Positions 1 through 12,948 of a stretch of 64,000 nucleotides of DNA are shown here, in pieces. Position numbers and translations under genes: made by a program. Below the pieces are notes generated by a model that searched no databases, was not told the DNA's origin, and saw only the letters and a program-made list of their open reading frames with translations. Position 1 is the first letter of the stretch, and the number at the start of each line of letters is the position of its first letter. The stretch comes from Octopus bimaculoides (lineage: Eukaryota), in NCBI RefSeq assembly GCF_001194135.2, contig NC_068997.1:5396196-5460195 (forward strand), read 5' to 3'.

Positions 1-1429
1 GAAATAATTCATTTTGATCCCGTAAAAACGTTTGGAATTTAGATTAAATAGTAATTTTGATTTCTCACTCTGAGAAATATCGTATTTACCAGAAATTTAC
101 TGTTTTATTTTAAATAATAACCAACAGATGACGCCACAGAAACAAGTGATAACAATGGAAGCATCAGACGAGACGAATAAAAGACATTTTAGAAAGTTAT
201 TTTAATCTCTGACGTTTGATAAAATATCTCTTCAATGAGACACAGCTCTCGTGATTTGATACTCAATGAAACTATTTTAAAATTAGGTTGGTGGAGTGAT
301 CAACGTCTTAGCACCACTCCCCAATCAAGGTGGCTCCGTCCTTAGCACTCTCAATAAGAAAACTTCTATCGTTGCTGCTTGCTTTATTTTCAATTCCATA
401 TTACACAGAGTAAAACTCTTCACCAGTCTCAGTAATACACACGTACTGCCACTAAATACGATAACACTTCTGCTCACTCCAATCTAACAATATAACCAAC
501 CTTGGAAAAAGCCCCCTATCCTTGCCAAATTCTTAAATCCCCTTTTGGTATACTGATCTTTGAAAATATACTGTCCTAAGGGAAAATTCTCTAACCCTGT
601 TAACTACCGACCTATTACTCTCACTTCAACTCTGCCAAATCAGATTGGAGCCTGGTGTTGCCATCCAGTTTCACCAGTCCTCAGTCAAATCGTCCAACCC
701 ATGCTAGCATGGAAAGCGGACGTTAAACGATGATGATGATAAAACACATTAAAATCTGCCTCTTCCATCACCTGTCTGATCCTTTAGTGACCAGCAGTAT
801 GGTTTCCATAAAGCAAGATTTACAAGTGATTTTATTCTTGTGAGTCACTCACTAGCAGTCACTTCCTACACCATTTTTAAATAATACACTCAGGGGGACG
901 TGGGAGGGCTATGGCCATGACATCATTGCCAGACTTCTGTGGTTGTTGCCAGAAAAGTAGGGAGTTCCTGATATCCTCAAACTGAAGACCTGCAGTAGAA
1001 GAATTTGTTAAAGAAACCATGTCCATATAACATTCACGTCCCAAAGTTTGGGAAATAATTAGGTTCAAGAACAACTTACATTAAAGTACAATTCACATGT
1101 CTGACAGTGCTGCTGCTGTTACACATCCACACAAATATCTGAGGCCACATTCAAAAGTCACTTATTTAAATGGTTGACAAAGCTTCCACTCACCAACAAC
1201 AAACAAAATCCAGCAAAGAGATATACTACTACTTCTCTTTGAATCTTCTGTTACAACTAATAACCTATATTCCTCTTAACTAGCTTAAGAGCCAATCCAT
1301 CCTGAGCCATTTCCCCTGCTGTGCTCAACTCCTAGATTTTACACAAAACACATTAAGCAATCCTTACCCTTTTCCCCCAGAACTTCAATCTTCTACTGTC
1401 TTCCCCTGCACTTCTGCATTCTCGCACCA

Positions 1430-1468
<39 letters not shown>

Positions 1469-4400
1469 NNNNNNNNNNAAAAAAAAAAAAAATTCAAACA
1501 GAACTTCAAGCATATCATTGATTACAGAAAGTGGTTTTGAGCACTGTCCCTCACCAAGAAAAAGAAAAGAAAAAGATTGAATTTAGTTGTGTCCATTTAC
1601 GTATATTTTGAGTTCAATTTCTGTTGAGGAGGGAGAATAGACTTTGCTTTTCCTTTTCATCCTGTCAAACAAAATATCAAACATATTCAAGTCAATCCCA
1701 CTGACTCTACCCGCTTCTTCCCTCACAAATCTGTGAACTTATGTCATTTCAAAAACTAAGTTATTATATTGTGAAAAAGTAACTAAAATGGTCAAAAAGT
1801 AGGCTAAACATTTTAAAATGTTTATTTTTTGTCCCTATACATTATGAGTTTAGGTTCTGCCAGGGTCAATTATGTTTTTCATCACTTTGGAGTTGATAAT
1901 TTAAGTACCACTTGTATATTTATGTAAATTTATATATTTCCTTTTTTCAAACATGATAAGCCTTATAATAAGCTGTTTTTTTCCTTCTTATTTGTTTGCT
2001 ATTGCTAGCTTATGAAGTAATTGTTTGCTCAAGATAGTGAAGTTCATGTAGATGGTAGGTAGTTACACTGATATATTCAAAGAATTGCTGCATCATTCCA
2101 TACTTCTGAGTTTAAGTTGTGCCAGAGGATTTTTTTTTTCAATCTCAAAACTTAAGAACAAACAGGAGTCCCTTTATTTTGTTCTGGTTTTCTACATAGT
2201 TATTTTTGATCAATTTGACACATTCAATACCAGACTGAGCATAACACTTTAGAATATCTAACTAAGCTATTCATTCAGTCAAATCATAAATTACCAGTAA
2301 TATGAAGGGGTCAAACCAGTCAGCTGTGACTCAACATTAAAATGTAATATACAGGGCTCATACCAGCCAACTATGGCTCAACACAATCAAATTATGTGAT
2401 ACACAGAGATCAAAGCAGCCAACTACGATTCAATATATTATAAAATTATGTGATATACAAAAATCAAAGAAGGTATTGTCTTCAATAAAGCAGCAGATTG
2501 GTAGAATCAGCATTAAAGTTAATAAAATTCATAGTCAAGTACAGGGGTTCATATTACTGATTATACTCTTGAAGGACATGGTATACCTATCTAAAGCAAA
2601 TCAGCATTTTAGGGGCTTTTTTCTTTTAGTATGAATGGAAAAAATCTGCATCAATGGTTGAATTTAGTGACAGTTCACAAGACATGGTGTTGATGCTTTT
2701 ATTTATTTCCATGTATATGCTGTCAGTGTCATTTCATTTTAAAGGTTGTTTTTCTATTTGAGCACAGCTTAGGCAGGAGGTGACTGAAACAGGATTTTTA
2801 TGGCTGAATGTTCTTCCTGTCATTGACCCTTACTTGTTTATGAAGTAAGAGGGATAATTCGTTGACAGGATGTCAGCAAACATCATAGGTTGCAAATGGC
2901 GATGTCAATGTTTGTATCTGTAGCTCAGCATAGGCTGTACACATTCACTCCTACACACACACACGGCAAGCTTTTCTTCAGTTTCCATCTGCCAAAATTC
3001 CTCACAAGACATTGGTCAGCTTGAGGCTATAGGGAAAACTCTTGCGCAAAGTGTTGTACAGTGGGACTGAATCTGGAGTCACAAAGTTGAGAAACGAGCT
3101 TCTTTGCTCAGTCATGCCTTTGAGTACATGGCAGGTATTTTTCTAGTTTCTAATCTGTCTAACTTCTGCTTCTTATGTTGGATCCAGAGTAGAAAGTAGA
3201 GCAGAACATCTTGTGAGTGGAGTATGTGTCAATGTTTTCATAGAAATACTGATCTTTTTTTCAAATTGAAATAAGAAATTTAGAGTAAGGAAATCACAGA
3301 TTTTTTTTTTCAACAATGTATACATTTTCCAAGTCATTTAGAAAAGAAAATGACAGACAAAAAGAAAATTAAACATACATAAATACACAAAGCTATGTAA
3401 TTGCGAGCAAGCAAAATACATCAATGATGTGAAGAATAAAGGCAAAACAAATAAGATGGTGGTGATGATGATGATGATGATGATGCCAGAATTGTGTACT
3501 TTAAAACAAATTATGTAATCATTCTGTGCATCATGGTTGTGTGTGTGTGTGTGTGTGCATATTGTAGAAATGTGTGTGTATACTGTTGCTATGAGGGGAG
3601 AAATTTTGGGAAAACTGTTTAAAGAGATTAAGTAATTGTTCCAAACATGTCTGCTACTGCCACAGATGCTCCCACCAACACTACAACTGTTACAGTAATT
3701 AACTGCAATTTTGTTGATTACTTATTTATCAAAATCTTGCTCTTAAAGTAAAATTCTTCATTATCTGTTAAACCAACATGAAATTAACTCCCAAGATTTC
3801 CACAATTGGTAATAGTCATTTTAAGTATCATTCTGTGGCAGAAAAAAACAAAACAAAGACCAACTAATGGGACTTGAACCACATACTCATTATTTCCTGA
3901 GCGACTGTGTTACCAACTACACTACAGGGCACCTGCTATTTATTTGTCCAGTTCAATACTATAAATAATTATCTGTTATATAAAATGTGCTATTGTATAT
4001 TCACATAACGGTTTCAGGACAGGTTATACTTACAATTTACCTTCAAAAGATAATTCATCAACCACTTAGTTTACTAAAATGGTGTGTGCCTGGTGATTGT
4101 GTGAGTATGGTGGTGGTGGTGATACTGGTGTTTAAAATCGTTGTGGTGGAATGTGCATGGTGGTAGTGGTAGTGTTGTATAGCCCAAGATCACCTTGAAT
4201 TGAGTATGATCAAAGTCATGAGCTTCACATTTGTTAACATATTTAGGAATACATTATAAAATGTGTCCTTCCTTTTACCAATATAGTATGGTGTCTGTGA
4301 AGGAATTTGGTTGCTATGTCTAGCAGTTCAAGTGATCATGCAGAGGTTTGCTCTTTGACTCACATGTGGTAGATGTGTGTATTTGCACAATCATGATTGT

Positions 4401-4943
4401 GTGTGTATGAACATGGTGGTGGTTGTATGTGCATATGAACATGGTGTGTATATGGAGATGAAATGGCTGTGTGGGCAAAGTTTTTGACTACTAACACATG
4501 TGAAAAGTGTTCTAATCTGCTGTAGTTCATTGATGGTGCTACTGTGGCAGATTACTGTTGAACTCTGCATGTCTTAGCTGTAAATAAGGAATAAGGTACC
4601 ATATTCACAGATAAGATCTTTAAGCTCTACTTTGTATCCACATGAAGACAGCAACAAGAAACAATAAGACGAAAAGTCTCTTTGACCTTGGTGATCTTTG
4701 ACATTGTTAATGCTAAATGCTTTCCATTATATGTATACTGATTAATTCAAATACTATTTAAAAAAAAAACCTTGTGCCCATGGGCACATACACACAAAGA
4801 TCTATACACACTAAATCTGAAAAACATTGTAAACTGTGTATAAATTCTTAAACTATAGAATACATACTACATTGGAAATAGTGAGGATCTAAGTTTAAAA
4901 CAAGATTCAGAACTTAAAATACTTGATTGTGGGGAGGACTCAC

Positions 4944-4973
4944 ACCTGTTACCTGTGTGTGACCTTTGTACAA
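4944..4973 (-). CDS. HGS: Candidate HGS micro-exon (30 nt, or 21 nt using the donor after 4953)
   Basis: After a 70-nt intron (4974-5043: GTAAGT...ttCTAAT...ttatatttcctAG). Reads LYKGHTQ|GTAACA or LYKGHTQVTG|GTGAGT; both keep the frame. Confidence 0.6.
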
Positions 4974-5043
4974 CTAGGAAATATAAACTAGAGCATTATT
5001 AGAAACAGTAGGGATGTGGGTTCTAAATAGAATCGGAACTTAC

Positions 5044-5127
5044 AACAGTCGATGGTGGTGGGCTCACATTTGTCTTGCTGGAAATATATCCGTTATATGT
5101 ACGTACTTTATGGATAGTTTTCTCTCG
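5044..5127 (-). CDS. HGS: HGS exon, post-UIM Ser/Pro-rich linker
   Basis: tttttactttccAG|...|GTAAGT, 84 nt, phase 0 to 0, open. REKTIHKVRTYNGYISSKTNVSPPPSTV. Weak homology but strong splice sites and the correct phase. Confidence 0.82.
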
Positions 5128-6601
5128 CTGGAAAGTAAAAACCAACATCACAACAAATAATGCACTGCAATCCACTACCCCCAACCTCTCTCCCAGGTAG
5201 ACATAGGCTCATATATGAGGTCTTGATGCATCATCATCATCATCATTATTCTTTTTTATTGCTTCTATTAAAGAATTAAGATTGTGTGTCAGTGTATACA
5301 CTTGTGCCTCCAGGTTTGCACATGCCTGTATGCATCCATATCTCACCCTGTGTATGCATGTGAGTGTATACACACCACTCCCTCTCTCTATGGTTGTGTG
5401 TATATGGATGGCCAGCTGTATGTACACGTGTCTGCACATGAATGTGTGTGCATGTCTATGCGTCTGTGCTGCACACATATGCATCTCTGTATATAGTTTA
5501 GCACCAATACATTTGTGACTATACATATACACGATCAGCTACCAAAGAGTAGCCGATCATGTATATGTATAGTCACATTGGCAAGACATATATTAGTAAA
5601 ACTGACAAAAAGCATACAGTGAACTTGCCATGGTCAGTGGAAAATCCAACATTTCGGACATAGTCCTGCGTTAGGGAAAGGTTGACAGGAGAGAAATTAA
5701 AAAGAGATAGCAAAGTTTTTAAACTCTGGATAAAAAAAATGCTGTTTCTCTTTAATTTCTCTGTCAACTTTTTCTCAGAGAAGGGCTCTGCTGAGACACT
5801 GGATTTTCCACTGTACTCTTTTTGTCAATTTTATAAAAATATATATGACATACAAAGAATATAATTCAAATGGTGAATATAAGATTGTTAGCAACTTTCA
5901 AATTCTCACTTCTTGTTTAATGTGTCAAAACTTATGAAATAATTCTGATAAAATACATTAGTGATCCATAGCTGAGATATCTTGATAAAATATATTAGTT
6001 TAGTGATATGTATCTGAGATCATTATCATGATAAATGCATTAGCACCTGCATTGTTCCCAGCTTTTAAACACAAAGCTATAAGCTGCTTTATCTATCTTT
6101 ATATTAGAGAGGAGATTTTGAATAGTTTGTGAGAGAGAGGAAACTCAGAGTATTGATGCAAAATAGCTTCAGGCTTTGTTAACTCCATTGAGTGTGTATG
6201 TTGTTGTTCAGGCTCTTGATTCATCAGAACAATAATCAAAGGTTCTGTTCTGCCACAGCCATCTCATCTTTTATTCAGCCATAATGTATCTGAGACTGCA
6301 TTATCCAATGTCACTTTTTTTTTTAAAGTCAGCAGAGTGTAATTTGAGGGAGGTTTAATTGCTGTTTCTAGCTACATAGAGGTTGCCCCATTGACTCAGT
6401 ATCAATCATGTCAATGTAAAATGTTTTGCTGGGGTAGATATCATAGATATCAACAAGGAAGTAATATGGAAAGAAAAATGGTAAAAAGCCAATTTGAAAT
6501 AGAAAACTAAAACACAAAGAGAAAAAAGTTCAAATCAGAATTGTTAAATTGAGATGGCCAACATGTGTGTGTGTGTGTCTGTGTAGAGTATACAGTGTAT
6601 G

Positions 6602-6633
<32 letters not shown>

Positions 6634-6893
6634 TATTGAGTTCATCTTGAATGCAGTAGCATCATCATTTTAATGTCCACTTTTCCCTGTTTCCATGGGT
6701 CAGACAGAATTTAATGAAGCAGATTTTCTATAATTGGATATTCTTCCAGTCACCAACCCTCACCTGTTTCAAAGTAAGGTAATATTTCCCCCCATGATCA
6801 CATATGTTTTTTGCAGAATATTAGTAACTAATGACACTGCTTGTATAACAGTGATAATCATTTACAACTAAAATGCAATGTCAAGAGACACAA

Positions 6894-6950
<57 letters not shown>

Positions 6951-7515
6951 AAAAACTCCTTTCAGTTTGTCTACCAATCCACTCACACCACTTACAAGAC
7001 TGGTTGACCTGGGACTATAGTAGAAAATGCTTGCCCAAAGTGTCACGCAATGGGACTGAACTTGAAACCATATGGTTAGGAAGCAAACTCCTTACTACAC
7101 AGCCATGCCTGTCTATGATAATGTAGTGTAAGGCATATAGTGTATGTAGTATGTGCATGTGTAAGATATATGTAGCTTGTGTGTGTTTAATAAAGACTAG
7201 TTTATTTGTGTAATTATAAGAAATGTGTAAGCTTTTCATTTTTGACAAAAAAGAATAATTGCTCTACTGTTTATTCAAAGACTGCCCTTAAGCTGTTGTG
7301 TTATTACCCTTTTATTGTTTTACATTCATTTTCCCAAACTTCCAGTGGTGCAACAAATTATTAGTTGGATCATGGCCGTGTACTTTAGAATTTACAACCA
7401 TTTGGATTTGGGTTCAGTCCCAACATATAGCACCTTGGGTAACTACAGTGACTTGCAGGTGGAATTTGTAGATGTAAACTACATGGAAGCCTGTCACATA
7501 TGCACATTTGAGATC

Positions 7516-7563
<48 letters not shown>

Positions 7564-8171
7564 CATACACACATACATTCCTTTTGCTGACATATATTAG
7601 AAAAAGACATACGCAAGAGAAAGGCAATAAACTGATGCTTTTGAAATTAACACCTTGTTGTATTTAGTCTCCTCAAGAGAAACAATGATTGGTCCATAGT
7701 AAACCTGCAACTAAAGATGCTATTGTTCACAAAAGGAAATAAAAATCATTTTAACTTCTGACCCATTTTTTTATTGAGTTACTGCTAACCACTTAACTAT
7801 GATATAGAAAGGGAGTCTCTTTTCTTTGTTTAGTTTTGTTTTTTAAGTCAAGCAAATTGAACTAAGCAAAGTTATGTTCCTTGCTCAAGGGTCACAATAC
7901 TAGAGTTGTGAAAGTAAGATTTGATCTCACCACCTCAACTTCACAACTATTGTGACTACTGCTTTTATTGGTAGATCTAGAGCTATGCACATATGAACAC
8001 ATGTATAGCTGTATGTATAAACTCCACAAACAATAACACACACTGACACACATCATGGAGGCCATTTTCATGAAGCTGTGCAAAAACCAAGCAGAAGCTG
8101 AGTGATAATTCAAAATTCAAACAAAATCAATGAAAGCAGGAATCTAGGAAATATGATCCAGGTACACCTAC

Positions 8172-8270
8172 CTCTTTCTCTTTGCTTTCATGTTCACTCT
8201 TTGACAATGCTAATGCCAGTTGTAGCTCCTCCTCCTCTTGGATTTCCTGGTCACTCTTCGAAGGGGGAAG
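8172..8270 (-). CDS. HGS: HGS exon, double-sided ubiquitin-interacting motif
   Basis: ctacatttgcAG|...|GTAGGT, 99 nt, phase 0 to 0. LPPSKSDQEIQEEEELQLALALSKSEHESKEKE (Hrs: QEEEELQLALALSQSE). Follows a 16.7-kb intron. Confidence 0.96.
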
Positions 8271-11200
8271 CTGCAAATGTAGAAGTATTAGCTGCAGCTT
8301 TATTGACTTCACAGATAAAACAAAGCATCACAAGCCATTCTTTAGATGGTCACTTGGCTTTCAAGAAATAGCAGCCAAACCACCCAGAAATATCTTCCAA
8401 AAGGGAAGGACATATAAGCTAATGTAGTTCTACATAGTGTCTGCTCAAGCGGACACTATCTTAGTACCACTATCTTGGTACCTTTCAACAAGGCTTTGAT
8501 TCAAAGCCTTAATGGATCACATGGTATAATTCACATAAAAACAACTAGGTACAAAAATATTGCACTAAGATAAGCTCATAGCCCAGAAGTCCAAATCCAC
8601 CACTATAAAGTATTTCTACAAGCTAAAGTTCATTATTATTATTAAAAGCTGCAGAGTAGCAGAATGGCAGAATAACAGAATGACAAAATGTGACTAAATT
8701 TTGTACTGTGTTTAATTCTGTCTGATGTTGTCTTTGCCTTTCATTCTTCCAGGGTCAATAAAATACAACACTAATCAAGAAGATATATGTTAAAACAATT
8801 CTATCAACTATATTCCACTTCTGAAATAGCCTTGTGCCTTTGTTTGAAATTATTGTTATTATTAATACCGAGTCAAAGTGAGGGCAGAAATGATAATATA
8901 GAATGAAATGTTGTGAGAAAGAGTTCAATGACTCATTAGTTTGATGGATTAAGTAGTCTAATATGATACATTTAGAGGGACTTTGTTCAGTTCAAAACTC
9001 ACTAGATTTGACTTTAGTTTTTATCTCTTGGGAATGGAGGAAATGAAAAATAAAATTGGACCTAAGGAATTTAAAATTAAGGTGATATTTCACAATACAT
9101 CCCTTCTAACAAGGGCTAATGCTTAGGGATAAAGAATTAAGAAAAGTCTATGGAGGCTTCTGAAATAATCCAGGGAGCAGTTACTGATATACAGGGATGC
9201 AGTTAATGCATACAGAACATGTTATTGCTCCAGTTATATGGTTGCTCACTGTTAAAAATAGCAATCAAATTTACCACAATCACACACCTATGTCAGAGAG
9301 AAACAAAAGGACACACTGGATATGCAGTCTTAGATGTCTGTAAAAACTAGGACAGTCATGGCTGGAATGTCTTTGATTATATGCCAGTTCAGTCAGAGCT
9401 GACCAAGGGCTAAACAACATCGATGAATCATTTAAAGTATATAAACATATTTGATATTTATAAATACAACTAATCATTGCATCAGAATCTCAAGAAAATT
9501 TTCAAAATTTCAACACACATTTTGTTTCACTAGGACATTCTATTTATCCATGGCATTAGGAAGAGAACTCAGCTTATTTCAGAAAGTTACTAAAATTATT
9601 ACAAACACACACAACAGTAACAATCAATATGACTTTAACAAATACCAGTAGACTTGAATGTGAACCTGGCTTTTCACTGTTGGATTTCATCTTAGGTGAA
9701 TAAATTCTCCATTTAGATGATGTATGTAAACAACATGCTTGCTCCATTAATGTCCCTGAAGGAAGCAAGCTAGCAGAATCAGTACCATGTTGGGCAAAAT
9801 GCTTAACGGCATTTCATTCATCTTCACGTTCTGAATTCAGATTCTGCCATAGTCAACATTGCCTTTCATCCTTTTGGGATCAATAAAATAAGTACCAGTT
9901 AGATTGATGTAATTGACAATCCCCTTCCATAAACCTGCTGTCCTTGTGCCAAAGCAGGAAACCATTAATGTCCCTGAAGTGAGTACATACATCACTGTTG
10001 CTTACATACATCTTCCAAAGGGAGAAGTTGTTCTCTAAAATCCAAATAGTGAAAAATTCATGTTCATATTCAAATCTAGTGGAATGGATATATATACAGT
10101 GTTAACTGATTGAAAAAGTCACGTTTTGATCAATAGTGTTCAACTTAAAGCTTGATATCAATTCATTTTTACAAGGCACAAAGCCAGTTTTGTAGGAGAG
10201 GGACTATAATTAAATGAGTAGATCCATGTATACTACTACTACTTATTTTATCAACTACATACAATAGGTAAAATCATCCCTGGTGATATTTAAACTGTAC
10301 AGAGACAAGACTAAACACTGTAATGCAATTTAGTTCACCATCTTTAACCAAGAATAACCTTCCAGATGGTTACTTCATCAATTAGAAATAGCACACTCCT
10401 CCTCCATATTATCCTACCACCTTAAAAAAGAGAAGGAGCTACTGAATGATGTAGACCTAGATAAAATATATTGGCAGAAAATAAAAGAGGAGACAGGAGG
10501 GTCATGACTGGAGCACATTACAAATGAGACTTACAATGGAGTATTGCTCCCATAGATACAGTGCTGTTACTACTGTTACTGCAATACACATCTTAGACTG
10601 CACACACTTGACTGATTGGCATAAATCACTGGTCTGTGACTGACATAAAATCACTTAGTCACTCACCGGTCTCTGGCTCACATATTATTGTGTCCTCTCT
10701 CTGCTTTTCTTACCACTACTACAATGTCCTCTGCTCCCGGAAGCTAGCTAGTCTCATGCTATTTCCATTCAGCCATGCCAAATGTACTTGACTATCTCTC
10801 ATTATCCATGTTGTGTCTATCCCACATAAACCACACAGCCTAGTCCTTCTGCCCCATAGTATAGGCCCACCTTGGAATTCTCTCCAGTCGATTTGCAGCA
10901 GCTTAAGCTGGACATCAACTGCATTAGTCTCATTGGTCTTGAAGGGAAGGCCTGTGAGGGCTATGGACATCGTCTCTTTCTCCATACTTAGTAAATAAGA
11001 TTTAAAATATATTCTACTGAATTATCACTGGGCTGAGACTAAACCAAAACAATTCACAGGTCATCTTGAGGACTTAAACAATATGGATCTCATGGCAAGT
11101 ATAGAAAATAAGCAACCTAATACACACTTGGGCACTGGAACATCTACATGCAACAAATTAGATTCATGCTTTTTTTTACTCAAAAACAGAAGGAGACAGA

Positions 11201-11391
11201 CACAAAAAAAAAGGAAGAAACAAAGCAACACAAGCTAGTGTACAGAAAAACTGAGAATTAGTAAGAGGGAATAAATAAAGCAAGCAGCTAAACAAACAAC
11301 TACAACAAAATATATATACATATAACTGCAGTTTATAGTAATTAACATTTTGATACTGTTTCAAAATACAAACTATGTAGCAATTACAATA

Positions 11392-11440
<49 letters not shown>

Positions 11441-12095
11441 TACTTAATATACATACACCACTGATAGGTCAATTACTCCGGGATTCATCCTGAGATAACA
11501 TCTTATGGATGTACTCATAGGAACTGGTGCATTAACAGTGTATATACATTAAGTATGATACAAAGATGGCTATTTTAATTTAATACTGCCTCAACTGCAT
11601 TTACCAGACTTTTATTTAGCCAGGTGAATATTTACAACACCACTGAATGTTTTATTCACTCTTTCCTATATAGGAGGTAATGAATTCTTGTTCAAGTATG
11701 TGGGCAATCATTGAAAAGGCCCACAAAGACTAAAATGTATTTGACATTCTTGCTAGCTGCTCCTGGGATAAGCTATTGTCTCCTTTCAATATGTTTTTAA
11801 CACATGTCCATGCATGTTGTTATCTCAGGGCAAACACCACAGTAACTGGACTATAAATAATGTATATCAAGTATTATACATAAATGGCTGTTTTAATTTA
11901 ATACTGTCTCAATTGTGTATAACAGATTTTTAATTAACATTTATTAATATATTTTATGCAAACAGCATCAAAAAGTTAATCAGAAATAATTGTGCAGTCA
12001 GATAAAAAGAGCAACGTTAATCAATGACTAATTATATATAACATATAATTACATAACATTTTATATGAAAATAAAAAATACTCATTTTAAATATA

Positions 12096-12948
12096 CATGG
12101 TGTGATCAATAAGTATCCGGACTGTTGTCATAGTAACAAAGCTAAAGCATGCAGAGTGAAGCTACTTGGCATAGATTCATGCTCACTAAGTTTAACATTC
12201 TAGCTCACTTCTGCTGTTGAGAGCAGTGCTTAGGAGGAAGGTGTGTAGCATATGATCGTTACATTGACCATGATAGAGAAAGTTGTCATGGCGATACCTG
12301 CTCAGAGGCCAACACAAATTGCAGAAAGTGTATGGAAAGGAGTGTAGGGGTTGCACACAGAGGTTCCCAAGATGGCTGAAAAAATGTTGATATTGACGAA
12401 CATTCTTGGAGACCTGCAATCATCAGAACTGAGAAAAACTTTGCAGATGTGCATGCAGCTGTGAGAGGAAATTGTTGAATCAGCATCCATGAGTTATCAG
12501 AGGATGTGCAGATTAGGTATGGTTCAGTTCAGTCCATTATCACTGAAAATTTAACTAAGAGATGTGTGTCTGCCAAGTTTGTGCCAAAACTGTTTTCAGC
12601 TGAATAAAAAGACACTTGGGTTTCAGCTGTACGAGGTCTTGATTGTGTTGAGAACAATGGAAACGTTTTGAAAACTTTGCTTAGATCTCTGAGCAGGTAT
12701 CACCAAGCTTTTGGCAAAATTTGGTGTAGATTCTCTGCTCAACTTTTCTGTCATAGTCAATGCGATGATCACACGCTATACACCTTCCTTCCAAACATGG
12801 CTGTAAACAGTGGAAGTGAGCTAGAACATTAAAACTTAGTGTGCATGCACAGCAGAGTTCAAGGTGAATCTGTGCCAAGTAGCTTCACTCTGAGTGCTTT
12901 AGCTTCATTACTATAGCAACAGTCTGGATACTTATTGATCAGACCATG
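12096..12948 (+). mobile_element. Non-autonomous, internally deleted mariner with extended TIRs
   Basis: TA flanks at 12094-95 and 12949-50. Inverted ends 12096-12211 / 12813-12948 (CATGGTGTGATCAATAAGTATCC...). Internal decayed N-terminal transposase: DEHSWRP...ISIHELSEDVQIRYGSVQSIITENL...VSAKFVPKL. No DDD domain. Confidence 0.9.

Noticed and set aside
877-1074. Next HGS exon (expected DPELARYLNR-like motif)
   Set aside because: An acceptor-like TGCAG is present at about 990, but no frame resembles Hrs and there is no good donor; downstream exons are probably left of the window.
8434-8459. 11-bp hairpin as a Helitron 3' end or regulatory stem near the UIM exon
   Set aside because: No CTRR terminus at the expected spacing, and it is too short to interpret alone.
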